This document shows positions 52,979 through 64,000 of a stretch of 64,000 nt of DNA, piece by piece. The notes beneath the pieces were generated by a model that was not told the DNA's origin, ran no database searches, and saw only the letters and a program-made list of their open reading frames with translations. The position numbers and the translations under genes are program-made. Source of the DNA: Octopus vulgaris (Eukaryota); assembly GCA_951406725.2 (NCBI GenBank), contig OX597823.1, positions 110,732,001 to 110,796,000 on the forward strand, read 5' to 3'. Each line of letters starts with the position of its first letter. Positions within the stretch are counted from its first letter, which is position 1.

Positions 52979-54274
52979 CTCAGGGTCATCCTATAAACAA
53001 TGCAGTTTTTTCAATTGCATTAACTAAAATTTGGAGGGGAACGGAATAAACTACCTGCATCAATTTGTTATAAAAGTAGGTAGTAATTTTACCTTGTCCT
53101 TATTCTTAGAACAATTTTTGAAGACTGAAGTTTAGTTTTAACAGATATTTTTTCAAAGATGTAATGGATGTGATAAAGGAGCATATTTGGCATATTTTGC
53201 TTCATGAGTTCAATAAAGGCAACAATGCAACTGAAAGTGTAAGGAATATTAATGCAGTATATGGGGTTCGAACAATAAGCGGAAGCCAGTGTCAACAGGG
53301 GTTCCAGAAATTCTGAGCCGAAAACTGCAGTCTAGAGATCAAGCGTTGTCCAAGAAGATCTGTAGAGCTTGATGAGGACGTTCTGCAAACTCTGGTGGAA
53401 CAAAATCCAATCATAGCTGTTGAAAAACCACCAGTGACGTTGAATTTGGTAATTCAACCATTCATTGACACCTGTGTGCCATCACAAAAGTCAGCAATTC
53501 GGGTCAATGGGTTCCTCAGAAACTTTCCGAGTCTAATACGTACAGTGAGTGAATGTGTGCGCTTCTTTGCAATCACGTCACATGAATGGACCTTGTTTTG
53601 AACTGAATAGTGACTGGTGATGAGAAATGGGTCTCTATAAAAATGTCAAGTGCTGAAGACAGTGGGTAGGGAAAGGAGAAACACCAGCACTTCAGGCTAA
53701 AGAAAGTCTTCACCCCCGTAATGTATCATTATGTGTTTGGGTGGGGTATGAAAGGCTTAGTCCACTTTGAACTTTTTTCAAACCCGAATCAAATGATAAC
53801 AAAGGAGGTCTGCTGGGAGTAGCTTGAGTGGCTTAAGTCAGAGCTAGAAGATAAATGACCATCTTTGGTTTCAAGACGAAAGGTGTTCTTTCATCAGGAT
53901 AATGCTCAGCCACATACAACAAGGATGACATTCCAAAGGGTGGAGCAGTTTGAATGGGAAACGATGCTCCACCCACCATGTTAACTAGACATTGCCCCAT
54001 CTGATTATCATTTATTCTGCAGTCTTCAAAATGATTTGGATGGAAAAAATATATATTCTGTAGACAAGGTCAGAACAGTACTGGAGGAGTATTTTTCATT
54101 ATGGACAAGTAAAATTTGGAAGATGGGCCTTGTAAGTCCCCTACCAGACAGATGGAAGAGCATAGTAAAACATAAAGGGGGTTATGTTTTAGATTAAAAA
54201 AGAACGTCATTTCTCTTAATTTTGAGAAATAACAGAAGTATAAAAAAACAGCATTATTTATGGGATGACCTAAT
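52979..54274 (+). mobile_element. Full-length mariner (~1.3 kb) with a pseudogenised DD34D transposase (53164-54197)
   Basis: TIRs agggtcatcctataaacaatgcagttttt / aaaaaacagcattatttatgggatgacct. Motifs WVPQKL, IVTGDEKWV, FHQDNAQPH and HPP..LDIAPSDYHLF, with multiple stops and frameshifts. Confidence 0.93.
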
Positions 54275-54353
54275 ATATATATATAAATACATACACACAT
54301 ACACACATCACACACACATATACACAAACACACACACATATACATATATATAT

Positions 54354-54557
54354 GTCGCCATGATAGATCGTTAGCCCCTACATACATTTTTTTCTCCTTG
54401 TTTCTCTCCTTGTTTTTTCTGTGTCCCTTTCTGTAGAAGAGCGTAGGCTCGAAACGTAAAAGACTTTTTCTATTCCTGAGCGTTATACTAATACATCTGT
54501 TTGTTTTGTACACCACCTGTCTTCGTCTTTTGTCTTTTTCGTAAACTCTCCCTATAC
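54354..54557 (+). mobile_element. Short hammerhead-bearing repeat unit, copy 2
   Basis: Same boundaries as 4925-5180. ctttCTGTAGAagagcgtaggctcGAAAcgTAaaag at 54427-54462. Confidence 0.78.
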
Positions 54558-54681
54558 ATATATATATACGTCCATACAAAGAGAGAGAACAGAGAGAAGT
54601 AAAACTGGGAGAGATATAGACTAATACATAGATAGCTAGATAGATGAAGACATTCTATGTATATATGCATTCTGCCTGTTG

Positions 54682-54845
54682 CTTCTTCTTCTTCTTCTTC
54701 TTTGTCTTCTTCTTCTTCTTCTTCTTTGTCTTCTTCTTCTTCTTCTTCTTCTTTGTCTTCTTCTTCTTCTTCTTCTTTGTCTTCTTCTTCTTCTTCTTTG
54801 TCTTCTTCTTCTTCTTCTTCTCCTCCTCCTCCTCCTCCTTCTTCT
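54682..54845. repeat. Higher-order (CTT)n repeat with periodic TGT interruptions
   Basis: Units of (ctt)6-8 + tgt, repeated five times. Confidence 0.9.
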
Positions 54846-55899
54846 TGTCGTCATCGTCATCATCACGATCACCATGATCCTCACCCTCCTCCTCGTCATC
54901 ATCATCATCATCGTCGTTGTCGTTAATGTTATAATTGTTATACTTTTTTTTTAATGATAGATTTAAATGTAATAAAAAGCCTATAATTAAATTGCCATTT
55001 TTAAAATGTGTCAAATCAAATCAAATTTCAAATAGAAATCTTGATATATAAATATTTGGAGAAAAAGGAAAATACAAAAGAGACAAGAAAAATACTAAGA
55101 TAAGCAAATATTATTGAAAAAATAACAATCAAAATATTTTAACGTAAAAACAGTCGCTAAAGTAGAGTATAAAAAGAAAAAGAAAACAAGAATAAAATAC
55201 ATTTTGAAATGATTGAAATTTTTTTCTTTTATAACGAAATATAAAAAAGACAGAAAACAGTACAGATAATATTAAAGGAAAAACAGTTAAGCAGAAAATA
55301 TCAAATTGGAAAAGATAAACAGAACAGTGATGGATAATGTTGATGGAAAAATGTATAGATTGGAAGTATTAGATAAATAAGTAACAAAAATGAATGACAG
55401 AGTATCAGTTCATAAAGATATTACATAAATTTGCATAACTGATTTAGCCACAATTATATTGCCATGCCATGTTTTATATTAAGCACATATGCTCATATAC
55501 ATAGATGCATACAGGCACAGACACACACGCACGCATAAACACACACACACACACACAAATGAGCATGTGCACACACATGCACACTCATTCATAAATCCTG
55601 TTGAATCACGTGTAACCTCATATATTCTCATCGAAAACAGAGGCAAGCTCCAGCATTTCCAAGTTATTCGCTTGAATAACTTGAAGATCTCTTCCACTCA
55701 AAATCATTGGTTGCCATATTAATTCATAAATAAAAAAAAGTATATGTAAGTATGTATGTGTGCATATATGTATATGTATATATATTATATATAATATATA
55801 TATAAATATATATGTATATATGCATGTATGTATAATACACACACGCACACACTCGCATAATTCTGATCAAAGAGGAAGCTACCACACAATATGATGCTC

Positions 55900-57040
55900 A
55901 TTGCAGCTAAGGAGGAAATGATTGGTATGGTGAAGAACTTGATATTTAGAAGTTTAGAATGTGTTTTTGCAGGAATACCCACCAAAGAAAGCTTAGTGAT
56001 CTTGTTGATGAGCTTGGGAAATGTGTCAGAACATTTGTATACTCAGATAAGACTGGAAATCTATATAACTTAAGTATAGACCACTGCAAGGAACTAGTAT
56101 GGAAAGAACTCAATAAGTGATATAAAACCATGCAATATTCCACCTTGGATGATATCGACTTAGAAAGTTGCAAAATAGCAGAGTACCTATGTATTCAAGA
56201 CAGAATGGAACCTTACATACCTAAAGATCACAATCCGAATTTTCCATTTAACCTAACCATTAGGCTGATTCGTACATAAAAATCAGATATTGGTCACATA
56301 AGTAAAACATTACAGACAAAATTCTCCTGATATTAAGAAACCTTGCGAAACTGAATCACTGGTTGGTTAATACTGACAATATTCACAAGTATAAAAATTT
56401 ACCTGACAAAAACACACAAAATTCATACAGATATATATTGACAATTACTACTCTTCTATTAGCCTTATATTTCACCTTGAAAAACACATCTTTATCTAAG
56501 AAAGATGCAGGCGTACATTTAGCAGCTAAAAAAACAATAATCCGTTTCGATGGCAGGCTATGGACTCATAGGTATAGAATAAACAACTGTGATATCACTA
56601 TGGGTGCAAGCGACTCAGCCCTAGTAACCGACTTGGTCATGTTCTTATTGCAGCGGACTATACAGAGACGATGTCCTAGTCATAGTCTACAAGTCTAGCA
56701 ACGTAAACCCTGAGAGAACCAAAAGAATGTGGTGTTTTTTGGTAAGTAAAGGCTCTCCATTACTAGAGGTAAAAACACTAGGGTGCTTAGCTACTTAGAT
56801 GTAACATCGGACCTAAACACACGTGTTTTACAAACCCAATGAAAGCATGCAATATGTGAATTAATACTCCAATCACTCCAGAGCAAACATAAGATGAATA
56901 ATAAATAGCATCTCCACAAGGATGTTGAGACTATCTGCTACCATTGATATCCTCATGTGGAAAGCTCAATACTACAATGAATCATTGGCCAGGACTAGGT
57001 ACGTAGAGAAGATCTTAGATGTGCCGTATAAGAACAAGAA
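55900..57040 (+). mobile_element. Penelope-like reverse transcriptase relic (LYRDD type)
   Basis: Across frameshifts: SDKTGNLY, KDHNPNFPFNLTIRLI..KSDIGHISK, DITMGASDSALVTDLV, GLYRDDVL, YLDVT.DLN, KPNE..QYVN..SNH, YYNESLA. Confidence 0.8.
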
Positions 57041-57793
57041 TTTAACTATAATTATTTGAGCTAGCTGTCTGAGATTAAAATAAATAAATCAATAAATCAT
57101 AATATGTAAGGTCACAGTACTACCCATACTAGGTAAATTCTAAACAATGATAGCATTCCAATTGGTCTGTTGATTGAGAAAACTGAAACTGTGAGTCTAT
57201 AATGCACAAACAAATGTATAAAGCACATTATTTGTGCCTTCTTCTTAAACACACACACACAGACACAGATACACACACATGCACGCACGCATACACAGTA
57301 ATAGATGAGTGGTTCGAATTTTTTTTTGTGGCAACGATTTTCTGTGTTCAATTTTAGTGTACAGACTACAACTTTTTTTTAGATGAAACTACATGGAATC
57401 TCATTGTATTTGTATATATGTCGGTTTGTGTGTCTCTTCTTTTGTGTGAAAATGTTTCCAGCAATTAAAAGTGTTGCTGATTAGTTTAGTATCCTGTAAC
57501 TTAGCATTTCAACAGCCTGAGACTCTAGAATAGGTTGCAGATCGAGAAATAAATTTTGTATTCAATATAATCAAACAAACAATTTAAGATCATACACCAC
57601 TTCAATGACAAGGGACAGTGAAAAAAAGACCTATAGATATGGCTGTGTTGTAAGAAGCTTGCTTCTCAACCACATGGTTCTGGGTTCAGTCCCACTGCAT
57701 GGCACTTTTGGCAAGTGTCTTTTACTATAGCCTCAGGTTGACCAAAACCTTGTAAGCCGATCTGGTAGACAGAAACTGAAGGAAGCTCACTGT

Positions 57794-57855
<62 letters not shown>

Positions 57856-57888
57856 TTACATAAATACACACACATACACACACACATA

Positions 57889-58505
57889 CCTACATATATA
57901 AAAGTGTAATGGTGTCTGTCCAACCGGTTTTAATAGTTTTTGGCACATAAATAGGTTCCTGAAGTTCAAATAAGGCCGGAAATTTTAGATAACTCGATAA
58001 TGCTTAGTTGGCATCGATTGTTGTGAGTTAAATCGGGTGTTTGAATGGAAATTCCCATAACGATGTTATTTTTTCCTGCTGCTTTTGCATTTTTTGTCCT
58101 ATTTTGATGAAAATCGATGAGTGGGCGAGGCTCATGTTACTGAGGTGATGACAAAAAATCGATAATTGCACCTAAGCAGTGGTTTTATAAAATCAATAGG
58201 TTTTTTGGGTGCACATACCCATAGGGATTTTATTTTTGGTCGTTAGTTTTATGTTTTTATCCGATTTTAATGAGATTTTGGATGTAGATAAAATTTGGGG
58301 TGGAGGAGACGGTAAAGGTGTCTGTTTAATTCAAAAGGGCTTGAAGAGGGCACAAATGCAAATAAGCATTTCTTTAGAGTTATTCTTATCAATTTAGCAG
58401 AAATTTGTATAGGGTGGGCTGCACCTGCCTACCTCAGTTGCTATGGCATTGAGGTAGATCCGACCACCCCGTTAACAGGGACAAAACCCGGATTTAAAAC
58501 ACTAG
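57889..58505 (+). mobile_element. Probable non-autonomous Helitron-like element
   Basis: Starts cctacatatataaaagtg..gtgtctgtc, like the 5' end at 30374. Ends with an imperfect hairpin (agggacaaaacccgg) and CTAG at 58502-58505. Confidence 0.5.
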
Positions 58506-58522
58506 ATGATGATGATGATGAT

Positions 58523-58585
<63 letters not shown>

Positions 58586-58705
58586 TTCTAGGATTATTTC
58601 ATCCCTATAAGAGGAGTACATGTCCTTGCAGTGACAAATATACATATAAACATACATATATTGACACATACACACATATACATGTATACACATATATATA
58701 TCCAC

Positions 58706-58747
<42 letters not shown>

Positions 58748-59177
58748 ACACATATATATATATACATATACATATATATATTATTTTGTGTGTGTCTCTG
58801 TCTTTGTTCAGCCCCATCAATGCTTGACAACTGGTGGCGGTGGTGTGTTTACGTCCCTGTAAACTGATTGAATAAGTACTATGCTTTAAAAATATGCCCT
58901 ATTGTTGATGCTTTTGACTATAATTGCTGAAGGTGGTGCCCGAGCAAGGCTGCAATCAAACAACTGAAACAAGTAAAAAGATAAGAGATAAATGAATATA
59001 CACATACACACACATAGACCTTTGTAAGGATAAGCAAGTTAGGCAGGTCAATATGCAAAAAATATCAAATAGATGAAATACAAAAAAACATGTATGTATG
59101 GTTGCATAGAGAAAAATCTGACCTACACAGAATAGAAATGATATCAAAAATTAAAAGGGTTGAAGAAAAGTATTACA

Positions 59178-59270
59178 AATCTAACAGCTGTTTCTGGGGA
59201 CTTGGTGGTCCAAAGCGATGTTTGTAGATCGATTCCAGTGTTGGATTAGACGAGTCTCCATCTTACATTT
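59178..59270 (-). ncRNA. Degenerate hammerhead-like motif with a long stem II
   Basis: Minus strand aatgt-aaga-tggagact..(about 50 nt)..agtcccca-GAAA-cagctg-TT-agatt. The stem III loop is palindromic and the CUG part of the core is missing. Confidence 0.33.
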
Positions 59271-59970
59271 GAGGTGTTGATGGAAGAAGCTCACTTTTTG
59301 TATCTCATTTGTTTCATATTCTTTGTATATTGACCTACTATCTTGCTTATCCTTAAATATACTTCTTTAGCTGCTTGAGTTTATATCTCTTGAACACTAC
59401 TAAGTGTATTTTATATGGAGAACATTTGAATCTGATCAATGAACCACATATATACTTATGTGCTTTTGCACAAATTTGAATAATGTTTCATCGATTATTT
59501 TTTTTGCTGTTATTCTTGCATCATTAAATCTAACAAATTGAAATTGGGTGCAGAAATTTGTATTTGCTCAGGCAAAAAACAAAATGTATACAAAAATCGG
59601 CTAAAACCAAACAAAAATATCCCACATTGCATATTTACACAAATCAATACAGATTGAAATTTTGGGTCATGCACTTTTGGTCTCACAATTAAATGTTCCT
59701 GAGTGACAAATGCACTTGTCGGCCATTTGTGAAATATTTTCAATTATGATAAGCTCTGCCAGTTTTCCAAACAACCAGCCTTTATCCCAAACCTAATGAG
59801 AGTAGGAGGTCATTTTTTAGAAAAAGAATTTTTCAATGTTTTTATCCTTTTTGTAATTTTTGTCATATTTCTTTTTCCTCCTTTCTTTTCTATACTTTAA
59901 AGAACCAATCTGGTTTTAAAAATTGGTAAGCAGTTGTTGATATATAATTTTTGTATAAGACTGTTTTCTG

Positions 59971-60225
59971 TGGAGGCACGTGGCTTAGTGGTTAGGGTGT
60001 CAGCATCATGATTGTAAGACTGTGGTTTCAATTCCTGGACCGGGCAATGCGTTGTGTTCTTGAGCAAAACATTTCATTTCACGTTGCTCCAGTCCATTCA
60101 GTTGGCAAAAATGAGTAACGCTGCAATGGACTGGCGTCCCATCCAGCTCGGGAACACATGCACACCATTGAAACCAGGAAACTGGGCCCATGAGCCTGGC
60201 TAGGCTTTAAAAGGGCTCATTTATT
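59971..60225 (+). mobile_element. tRNA-derived SINE (family D), full length
   Basis: tggcttagtggttaggg (A box) and ggtttcaattcc (B box), with body gttgtgttcttgagcaaaaca..gcaatggactggcgtcccatccag. Confidence 0.8.
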
Positions 60226-60849
60226 TTTTTATTACAAGATTCTTTTAAATTATTCATTATCATCATCATCATTATCATTGTCATCATCATCATTGTTACC
60301 ACCATCATAAGCACTACCACCACTGTTACAGAATTAGTAAATCATTGGACAAAATGCTCGGAATTATTGAGTTAGAGATGATGACATACTGAATGCAAAA
60401 CCCCACTAAGGTCAACATTTAGTCTTTCCTCTTTCTGTCGCCAATGAAGGAAAGCCTTAGTGAAGTACTAGGACCAATTTATATTTCTATAAAGTGCCCT
60501 AGATAACACCCACTACCACTACCACTTCCATGGCCATCATCATCAATATATTGAAAATTATTTATTTATTGACTCTAATTACATTTATATGTCCTTTGCT
60601 TACTTTTGCTCTTTCTTTCTCTTTCTCTCACTCTCCTCTGTTACCTGTATTTACACAAATACACACACGCACAACAAGATTCAGGCGAATAAGTTGAGGC
60701 ACCTGGTTAGGTCGGAATAAATGCACACACCTTGATTGTAAAATTCATGTATTCGTCTGAAGAAAACGGATTTTTGTGACGATATAATGTACTCATTGAT
60801 CGATTGAAAAATTCGTTAGAAATGGCTCTAATGAATTGACACCTGTCCA

Positions 60850-61238
60850 TCGTGGAGGAAATGTGACTGAGTTCCTTTCGAGTGTTGGGCCTCATGAAAG
60901 CAATGACTGAGACCTTTGGCATTATGTTGTGCTTTGAGAAGAAGACCCATCAAGCTGAGCAAAATTGCAGCCGTGGCAGATACTGGTGTCATGCAAATTG
61001 ATACCCATGCTGGTGGCACGTAAAAGCGCCCCAGTGTCACACAAATGGCATCCGTGTCGGAGGCATGTAAAAGCACGTATTACACTCTCTGAGTTGTTAG
61101 TACTAGGAAGGGCATCCAGCCATAGAAAACCATGCCAAATCAGATTGGAGTCTGGTACAGCCTTCCAGCATGCCAGTCCAGTTAAATCATACAGCCCACG
61201 CTAGCATGGACAACGGACATTAAATGATGATGATGACG
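60850..61238 (+). mobile_element. Family C retroposon, longest copy
   Basis: Two ggca(c/t)gtaaaagc modules, aggaagggcatccagccatagaaaaccatgccaaatcaga, and the tail ggacattaaatgatgatgatg. Confidence 0.78.
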
Positions 61239-61322
61239 ATATATATATATATGTACAAACACATTCCATGTGTTCTTTATAACTAGCCTGTGTAAAAAAG
61301 ATTCACCACATTATGTGGAGTA

Positions 61323-61631
61323 TACTCTTTTTCTTGTTTCAGTCATTTGACTGTGGCCATGCTGGAGCACCGCCTTTAGTCAAGCAAATCGACCCCAGGA
61401 CTTATTCTTTGTAAGCCTAGTACTTATTCTATCAGTCTCTTTTGCTGAACTGCTAAGTTACGGGGATGTAAACAGACCAGCACCAGTTGTCAAGTGATGT
61501 TGGGGAAACAAACACAAACACACAAACATATACACACACATACATACACATATATATATATATGTATGTATATATATATGTATGTATATATACATGTATC
61601 TATCTATATATCTATCTATATATATATATAC

Positions 61632-61672
<41 letters not shown>

Positions 61673-62980
61673 TATATATTCATAAATACGATGGGCTTCT
61701 TTCAGTTTCTGTATACCAAATCCACTCACAAGGCTTTGGTCAGTCCGAGTCTATAGTAGAAGACACTTGCCCAAGGTGCCACACAGTGGGACTGAACCCG
61801 GAACCATGTGGTTAGTAAGCAAGCCACATACCACACAGCCACTCCCATGCCTGTGTATAATTATATTTATTTGCATGCCATTACTCGGTTTTTTATGATA
61901 TCTCCAATACACAGATGGCAAATGCTGATCTGTAACGGAAAAATGAAAATATTCAAAAAATATCAATTATATTCTTAACCCCCAGATTTCATTAATTAAA
62001 ACAAGTCATGTGAATTCTACAGAAATGATTGTAATTCACAACTGAAAAACTAGTCAGAAATAGACAAAGATATGTTTACATTGAAAGGAAAACAACTTGC
62101 TTTTGTGTAATAAGAGGATTCACAAATTGGCTTCAGTTTTGAGTTTATGACTTTTCAGTACTCTCTCTATATATAGAGGCCGTAAATTAAAATCAGTAGA
62201 TTCACTTTTAAAGCTTTGGTGTTAGTATTACTCTTTTAATCATTTATTTGTTTCAGTCATTTGATGACTGTGGCCATGCTGGAGCACAGCTTTTAGTCAA
62301 ACAAATCACCCCCAGAACTCATTCTTTGTAAGCTTAGTACTTATTCTATTGGGATCTTTTGCCGAACCACTAAGTTCCGGGGACGTAAACACACCAGCAT
62401 CAGTTGTCAAGCGATAGTGGGGGTACAAACACAGACACACAAACATGCACACTCACACACACACACACACACACAAGATGGGTGTCTTTCAGTGTCCATT
62501 TGCCAAATCCACTCACAAGCCTTTGGTCAGCCCGAAGCTATAGTAGAAGACACTTGCCCAAGGTGCCACATAAAGGAACTGAACCTAGAACCATGTGGGT
62601 CATAAGCAAGCTGCTTACCACACAGCCACTCCTGCTTGAATATTTGAAGTTTGTATTTCTTAATTGAAGACAAGAACAGTTTCTTCCTCTCATATTAATG
62701 TTGACACCATGATTTTAAGGTTTTTTTTATCTGATTCTCATTATTGCTAGCATCAGATTAAGGAAGCGAACCAGCAGATTTGTTAGCACACTGGACAAAA
62801 GGCTTAGTGTTACTTCATCCATCGCTACATTCTGAGTTCAAATTCCGCTGAGGTCAACTTTGCCTATCATCCTTTCAGGGCCGATAAAATAAGTACCGGT
62901 TGAAGACTGGGGTTGATGTAATCGACTCCTCCCCACCTTCCCCAAACTGCCCTTGTGGCAAAAATTTAAAATAATTATTA
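61323..62980. mobile_element. SINE cluster: family B at 61323-61852 (-) and 62228-62636 (-), family A at 62760-62980 (+)
   Basis: Direct similarity to the other copies in this window. Confidence 0.85.
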
Positions 62981-63366
62981 GAATCAGATTGTGTGTAAGT
63001 GATAATAGCTCCTGTGATCATTATATCCATTTGGCTTTGCCGTAGTGCATCATACTTTTAATAACATTGCTTTCTTCATTTCCTTTTAAAAGCCAAATTT
63101 ATTTTCAGTGGCATAAAGCACTGACCATACAGCTGGACCCAAATAAATGGCTATGTTGTGTGCTTGTTAGCAAATGACTTCCCCAACCTCTGCCATACTT
63201 GTATATGTTTTAATTAAATATATAGATATATATATATATAAATATATAGATTATTAATCATATGTCTAAATGTAAACTTGCTTGTATGTTTATATATAAG
63301 CATAATAATGTAAGTTTATGTGTGTGTGTTTGTGCGTACAATTGTATATGCTCACATATGTGTGTT

Positions 63367-64000
63367 TACAAAGTGCATTCCAGAAGTTTCCAAACTTTTT
63401 CAAGAGTGACATTTATTATTTCAAAAAATTCAAGACTCTTATCTCTTCCAAAGTAGATTCCTCTGACTTCAATGCACTTATTAAAGTCCTTCAGCTATTT
63501 CATGGAAGTCGCGTGAAAGTTCTTCAAACTGAAGGTGTTCAGGACCCTTGTGACAGTCACTTTCATCTCAATGTCTTCAAAATGACTGCCTCTGAGGTTC
63601 TTTTTCAGGTTGAGGAGCAAGCAAATGTAACCAAGCGCAACATCTTGACTGTAGGGAACATGAAGGGCAGTTTTGACACCCATCTCTGTGAAGTAGTTGG
63701 TTACCAGGATGGAACTGTGGACTGCTGCATTGCCCTGGTGCAGGTATCACTGACCTGTGTGATGAAATCTCTTCCTAAACTCCCTCAAAACCTCCATAAA
63801 GTACTCTTTGTTAATTGACTGACCAGAGGGAACCCACTGGTTGTAGATGCTGCCCTTGCTGTCAAAAAACAGAATCATCAAGAGCTTCTTGGGGAAACTG
63901 CTTTGTGTGACTTTTTTTGATCTTGGGGAAGCAAGATATTTCCATTGGGTATTTTTTGGATCATAACAGGAGATTCAGCTTTCATCATGGGTCACCAGAG
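63367..64000 (-). mobile_element. Mariner 3' half, decayed; runs off the window end
   Basis: Minus strand LVTHDES*, VPYSQDVA, LKKNLRGSHFEDIE, FNKCIEVRGIYF. Terminal-like tacaaagtgcattccagaagtttccaaact. Confidence 0.7.

Noticed and set aside
53164-54197. Functional mariner transposase or SETMAR-like gene
   Set aside because: Multiple in-frame stops and frameshifts, and no SET domain.
59971-60045. tRNA gene
   Set aside because: A/B boxes are present but there is no complete cloverleaf, and it continues into a SINE body seen elsewhere in the window.

Overview
This is AT-rich, repeat-saturated eukaryotic DNA. The SINE families, microsatellite load and transposon content look like an octopus (cephalopod) intergenic or large-intron region; that assignment comes from my recognition of the repeats and is not verified. 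I found no host protein-coding gene, rRNA, true tRNA or CRISPR array. Most ORF-track entries are microsatellite artefacts, and the few protein-like ORFs are transposon pieces. These are Penelope-like (PLE) GIY-YIG and RT relics, R4/Dong-type LINE ends embedded in (AAT)n, an RTE LINE 3' end with three C2H2 fingers, a deleted Helitron with an intact PIF1 C-terminus, a hAT/Buster relic and several mariners. Four signals stand out. (1) A short repeated unit (3 copies plus a fragment) carries a minimal type-I hammerhead-ribozyme fold with a consistent atypical CUGU core (A6U); four other degenerate hammerhead-like motifs occur, two about 1 kb downstream of PLE endonuclease relics. (2) The RTE LINE tail encodes three C2H2 fingers. 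(3) A tRNA-derived SINE forms head-to-tail multimers with the same junction at three independent loci. (4) Dong-like LINEs repeatedly sit in AAT microsatellites. All coordinates were read by eye and are approximate to a few bases.
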